Shown here in pieces: positions 60,547 through 64,000 of a DNA stretch of 64,000 bases (position 1 is its first letter; each line of letters starts with the position of its first letter). Source of the stretch: Escherichia coli. GTDB taxonomy: Bacteria; Pseudomonadota; Gammaproteobacteria; Enterobacterales; Enterobacteriaceae. Below the pieces are notes generated by a model that made no database searches, was not told where the DNA came from, and saw nothing but the letters and a program-made list of their open reading frames with translations. The translations under genes were made by a program, and so were the position numbers. The DNA lies in the NCBI RefSeq assembly GCF_965641715.1, contig NZ_OZ282453.1. One strand, written 5' to 3'.

Positions 60547-62229
60547 ATGACAGTGAAATATAAAACCGTTATCACCCGAGCCGGTGCGGAAAAACTGGCG
60601 GCGGCGACGCTCCCGAACGGGAAAAAAGTCAATTTTGCGGTGATGGCCGTCGGGGACGGTGGCGGTAAGCTTCCCGAGCCGGACGCCAGTCAGACAAAAC
60701 TCGTCAATGAGGTCTGGCGTCATGCGCTGAACAAAATCTGCCTGGACAAAAAACATAAAAATTATGTCGTGGCGGAGCTGGTGATCCCCCCGGAGACCGG
60801 CGGTTTCTGGCTGCGTGAAATGGGGCTTTACGATGACACCGGCACGCTGATTGCGGTCGGCAATATGGCCGAAAGTTATAAGCCCGAACTGGCGGAAGGG
60901 TCAGGCCGCGCACAGACGCTGCGCATGGTGATCATGGTGAGCGATATCGACACCGTCGAGCTGTCCATCGATACAACACTGGTGATGGCGACGCAGGATT
61001 ATGTCGACGATAAACTCGCAGAGCATGAGCAGTCCCGTCGCCATCCTGACGCCACGCTGAAAGAAAAAGGGTTCACGCAGTTAAGCAGTGCGACCGACAG
61101 CACGTCTGAGGCGCTCGCCGCGACGCCGAAAGCGGTCAAAGTGGCGTATGACCTTGCGAAAGGTAAATACACGGCTCAGGACGCGACCACGGCGCAGAAA
61201 GGGATTGTCCAGCTCAGTAGCGCCACCGACAGCGTGTCTGAGACCCTCGCCGCGACGCCGAAAGCGGTTAAGGCGGCGAATGATAATGCTAATGGCCGCG
61301 TTCCTTCCTCGCGCAAAATTAACGGACATTCCCTGAATGCTGACATCAGTGTCACCTCGCAGGATATTTTCGACGGTCAGGCTATTGGGCTGGTAATGGA
61401 GGATTTAGATACCCTGAAAACGCCGGGTATTTACTTTCAGCCAGCGAACGCCAATACCTCAGCCGCCAGACATTACCCTGAAAATAACGCCGGGACGCTG
61501 GTCATTTATAAAAATGCCGGAGTGACTCAGGTATACCGGGTTTATAACAGCTCCCGGAGCTACTCGCGCAGCCAGTATTCAACAGGTGCATGGACACCGT
61601 GGACGCCTGATGATGTTTTTCCGGTAGGCGCGCCCGTTGCGTGGCCGTCTGACAGTGTTCCTGCTGGTTATGCCGTCATGCAGGGACAAACTTTTGATAA
61701 AGCCGCTTATCCGCTTCTTGCGGCTGTGTACCCATCGGGTGTTATTCCTGATATGCGGGGCTGGACAATCAAAGGTAAACCGGCCAGCGGTCGTGCAGTG
61801 CTTTCACAGGAACTGGATGGCATCAAGTCACATACTCACAGCGCAAGTGCATCAAATACAGACTTAGGTACTAAATCAAGCAGTGCATTTGATTACGGTA
61901 CTAAAACGGCCAGCACATTTGACTATGGTACTAAAACCACTAACAGCACCGGAGCGCATGCGCACGGTATTTCTGTTGGTAACACAGGCGCAGGTAATGG
62001 TATTTCAGCAGGTTACAACTCAGGGCTGGGCAATGGAACGACGGGGAGTGCAGGTGCGCACGCCCATACGGTCGGTATTGGCGCTCACAACCACACCGTT
62101 GGAATTGGTGCTCACAGTCATACTGTGGCAATAGGGGCTCACGGACATAACATCACTGTTAACGCAGCCGGTAACGCTGAAAACACCGTCAAAAACATCG
62201 CATTCAACTATATCGTGAGGCTTGCCTGA
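60547..62229 (+). CDS. H: Tail fiber protein H
   Basis: 560 aa; conserved N-terminus [20 protein letters not shown]; internal tandem repeat; divergent C-terminus. Confidence 0.85.
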   Translation: MTVKYKTVITRAGAEKLAAATLPNGKKVNFAVMAVGDGGGKLPEPDASQTKLVNEVWRHALNKICLDKKHKNYVVAELVIPPETGGFWLREMGLYDDTGTLIAVGNMAESYKPELAEGSGRAQTLRMVIMVSDIDTVELSIDTTLVMATQDYVDDKLAEHEQSRRHPDATLKEKGFTQLSSATDSTSEALAATPKAVKVAYDLAKGKYTAQDATTAQKGIVQLSSATDSVSETLAATPKAVKAANDNANGRVPSSRKINGHSLNADISVTSQDIFDGQAIGLVMEDLDTLKTPGIYFQPANANTSAARHYPENNAGTLVIYKNAGVTQVYRVYNSSRSYSRSQYSTGAWTPWTPDDVFPVGAPVAWPSDSVPAGYAVMQGQTFDKAAYPLLAAVYPSGVIPDMRGWTIKGKPASGRAVLSQELDGIKSHTHSASASNTDLGTKSSSAFDYGTKTASTFDYGTKTTNSTGAHAHGISVGNTGAGNGISAGYNSGLGNGTTGSAGAHAHTVGIGAHNHTVGIGAHSHTVAIGAHGHNITVNAAGNAENTVKNIAFNYIVRLA

Positions 62230-62807
62230 TGACTTTCAAAATGACCGGGAAAAGCCGGACAATCACTGTTTATAACTATCGCGCAGATACCTGTGAATTT
62301 ATTGGAAAAGGTGACGCCCTGATCCCACCATTTACCGGACTCCCTGCCTGTTGTACCAGTGAAAAACCGCCAGAAACCAGCGCGGGATGTATTCCCGTTT
62401 ACGACACTGAAAGCGGACGATGGAACATCACTGAAGACCACAGGGGTGAGGTTGTCTATGACACTGAAACAGGTCATCAGATGGAGATAACCGAACCGGG
62501 TAAATATCCGACAGGGACAACAACCGCTGCACCTGAAAACCCGTGGCAAAAATGGAATGGTAAAGCATGGATTGATGATGCTGATGCAGAACGGAATGCA
62601 TTGACTGAGTCTGCGAAAAACAACAAAAGCATGCTTCTTAAGCAGGCCAATACTGCGGTTGCGACATTACAGGACGCTGTTGATCTGGAGATGGCAACCG
62701 AAGATGAAAAAGCACAGCTCGCGGCATGGAGGAAATACCGTGTTTTACTGAGCCGCATCCAGCCAGAGAATGCCCCGGATATTGAATGGCCGCCGCTGCC
62801 AGTCTGA
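62229..62807 (+). CDS. G: Tail fiber assembly chaperone G
   Basis: 192 aa; start overlaps the H stop. Confidence 0.75.
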   Translation: MTFKMTGKSRTITVYNYRADTCEFIGKGDALIPPFTGLPACCTSEKPPETSAGCIPVYDTESGRWNITEDHRGEVVYDTETGHQMEITEPGKYPTGTTTAAPENPWQKWNGKAWIDDADAERNALTESAKNNKSMLLKQANTAVATLQDAVDLEMATEDEKAQLAAWRKYRVLLSRIQPENAPDIEWPPLPV

Positions 62808-62941
62808 TCCGACATCCGGCGGGCAGTTGCCCGCCTTTTCCTTTCCCGTCGTTGTGCCAGACCTTAGCCAACCCTGACAAATAGCCCCTCATCACCACAC
62901 AACAGAAAATACACTCACCCCTTAACCACGGAGTTAAACGG

Positions 62942-64000
62942 ATGAGTGACTATCATCACGGCGTCGAGGTCATCGAGATTAACGATGGCGTGCGCACCAT
63001 TTCCACCGTTTCAACCGCCATTATCGGCATGGTCTGTACGGCCAGCGATGCTGACGAGAAAACATTTCCCCTCAATGAGCCGGTACTCATTACGAACGTG
63101 CAGAGTGCTATCGGTAAGGCTGGCAAAAAGGGCACGCTGTCGACGTCCCTGCAGGCTATCGCTGACCAGTGCAAACCTGTCATCGTGGCCGTGCGTGTGG
63201 CCGAAGGTATTGAAGATCCGGAGAACCCCGAAGCGGCGCACAAACAGACCATTTCCAATATCATCGGCACCACCGATGAAAACGGCAAATATACCGGGCT
63301 GAAAGCCCTGCTGACGGCGAAAACCGTCACCGGCGTTAAGCCACGGATTCTCGGCGTGCCGGGGCTGGATTCGCAGGAAGTGGCGACCGCGCTCGCGTCC
63401 ACCTGTCAGAGCCTGCGCGCCTTTGGCTATATCAGCGCGTGGGGCTGTAAAACCATTTCCGATGCCATCGACTACCGCGAGAATTTCAGCCAGCGTGAGC
63501 TGATGGTCATCTTCCCTGATTTTCTGGCATGGGACACCACGGCGAACGCGACCGCGACAACCTGGGCGACGGCGCGCGCACTCGGCCTGCGTGCCAAAAT
63601 CGACCAGACGGTCGGCTGGCATAAAACCCTGTCTAACGTTGGCGTTAACGGTGTGACCGGCGTCAGTGCCTCAGTATCGTGGGATTTGCAGGAACCGGCG
63701 ACCGACGCCAACCTGCTGAATCAGGCTGGTGTCACTACGCTTATCCGCAATGATGGTTTCAAATTTTGGGGAAACCGTACCTGCTCAGATGATCCGCTTT
63801 TCCTGTTTGAAAACTACACCCGCACCGCGCAGGTGCTGGCCGACACGATGGCGGAGGCGCACGCGTGGGCGATGGATAAACCCATTACCCCGACCCTCAT
63901 TCGCGATATCGTTTCCGGTATCAATGCCAAATTCCGCGAGCTGAAAACCAACGGTTATATCGTTGACGGCTTCTGCTGGTACGACCCGGAGTCGAACGAC
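62942..64000 (+). CDS. FI: Tail sheath protein FI (partial, runs off the window end)
   Basis: Translation MSDYHHGVEVIEINDGVRTISTVSTAIIGMVCTASDADEKTFPLNEPVLITNVQSAIGKAGKKGTL is P2 FI-like; frame open to position 64000. Confidence 0.85.
   Translation, partial: MSDYHHGVEVIEINDGVRTISTVSTAIIGMVCTASDADEKTFPLNEPVLITNVQSAIGKAGKKGTLSTSLQAIADQCKPVIVAVRVAEGIEDPENPEAAHKQTISNIIGTTDENGKYTGLKALLTAKTVTGVKPRILGVPGLDSQEVATALASTCQSLRAFGYISAWGCKTISDAIDYRENFSQRELMVIFPDFLAWDTTANATATTWATARALGLRAKIDQTVGWHKTLSNVGVNGVTGVSASVSWDLQEPATDANLLNQAGVTTLIRNDGFKFWGNRTCSDDPLFLFENYTRTAQVLADTMAEAHAWAMDKPITPTLIRDIVSGINAKFRELKTNGYIVDGFCWYDPESND

Larger units (their letters stand above)
38996..64000. mobile_element. P2-like (Peduovirus-type) prophage, one end at about 38996, continuing past the window end
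   Basis: Collinear P2 gene order from int through FI; att core next to int. Confidence 0.9.

Noticed and set aside
61081-61336. Two 82-aa ORFs on opposite strands with R-rich translations
   Set aside because: Produced by the internal tandem repeat of tail fiber gene H; not independent genes.
63011-63622. 203-aa ORF on the - strand
   Set aside because: Antisense to the tail sheath gene FI, whose translation is P2-like.

Overview
This window reads as an Escherichia coli-type chromosome segment followed by a P2-like prophage. Positions 1-38.9 kb are core genes in the order yehK, yehI, two further giant paralogs (one molR-like), metG, apbC, the yehEDCBA chaperone-usher fimbrial operon, rcnB-rcnA-rcnR, thiM-thiD, yegXWVUT, fbaB, gatYZABCD-gatR, yegS and yegR; this is the reverse complement of the K-12 map as I recall it. 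From about 39.0 kb to the window end lies a P2-like prophage: att core, int, C, cox, B, A, a cos-like site, then Q, P, O, N, M, L, X, Y, K, lysB/lysC, R, S, V, W, J, I, H, G and the start of FI. The best candidate for a new system is an AT-rich two-gene cassette at 45.5-48.2 kb between the cos-like site and the portal gene: an ABC/OLD-type ATPase plus a partner with TOPRIM-like and Cys-cluster motifs, which looks like an anti-phage defense module. A second AT-rich cargo gene on the opposite strand between S and V (57.0-57.8 kb) carries a PD-(D/E)xK-like motif. Other points of note are a 29-aa hydrophobic peptide ORF with a strong Shine-Dalgarno near the window start, an intact molR-like gene and gatR, RcnR operator repeats, and the thiM TPP riboswitch. 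All identifications come from reading the translations and sequence and from recalled family knowledge; no searches were run. Coordinates of short motifs may be off by 1-2 nt, and starts were re-picked where the ORF track appeared to use an upstream or alternative start codon.
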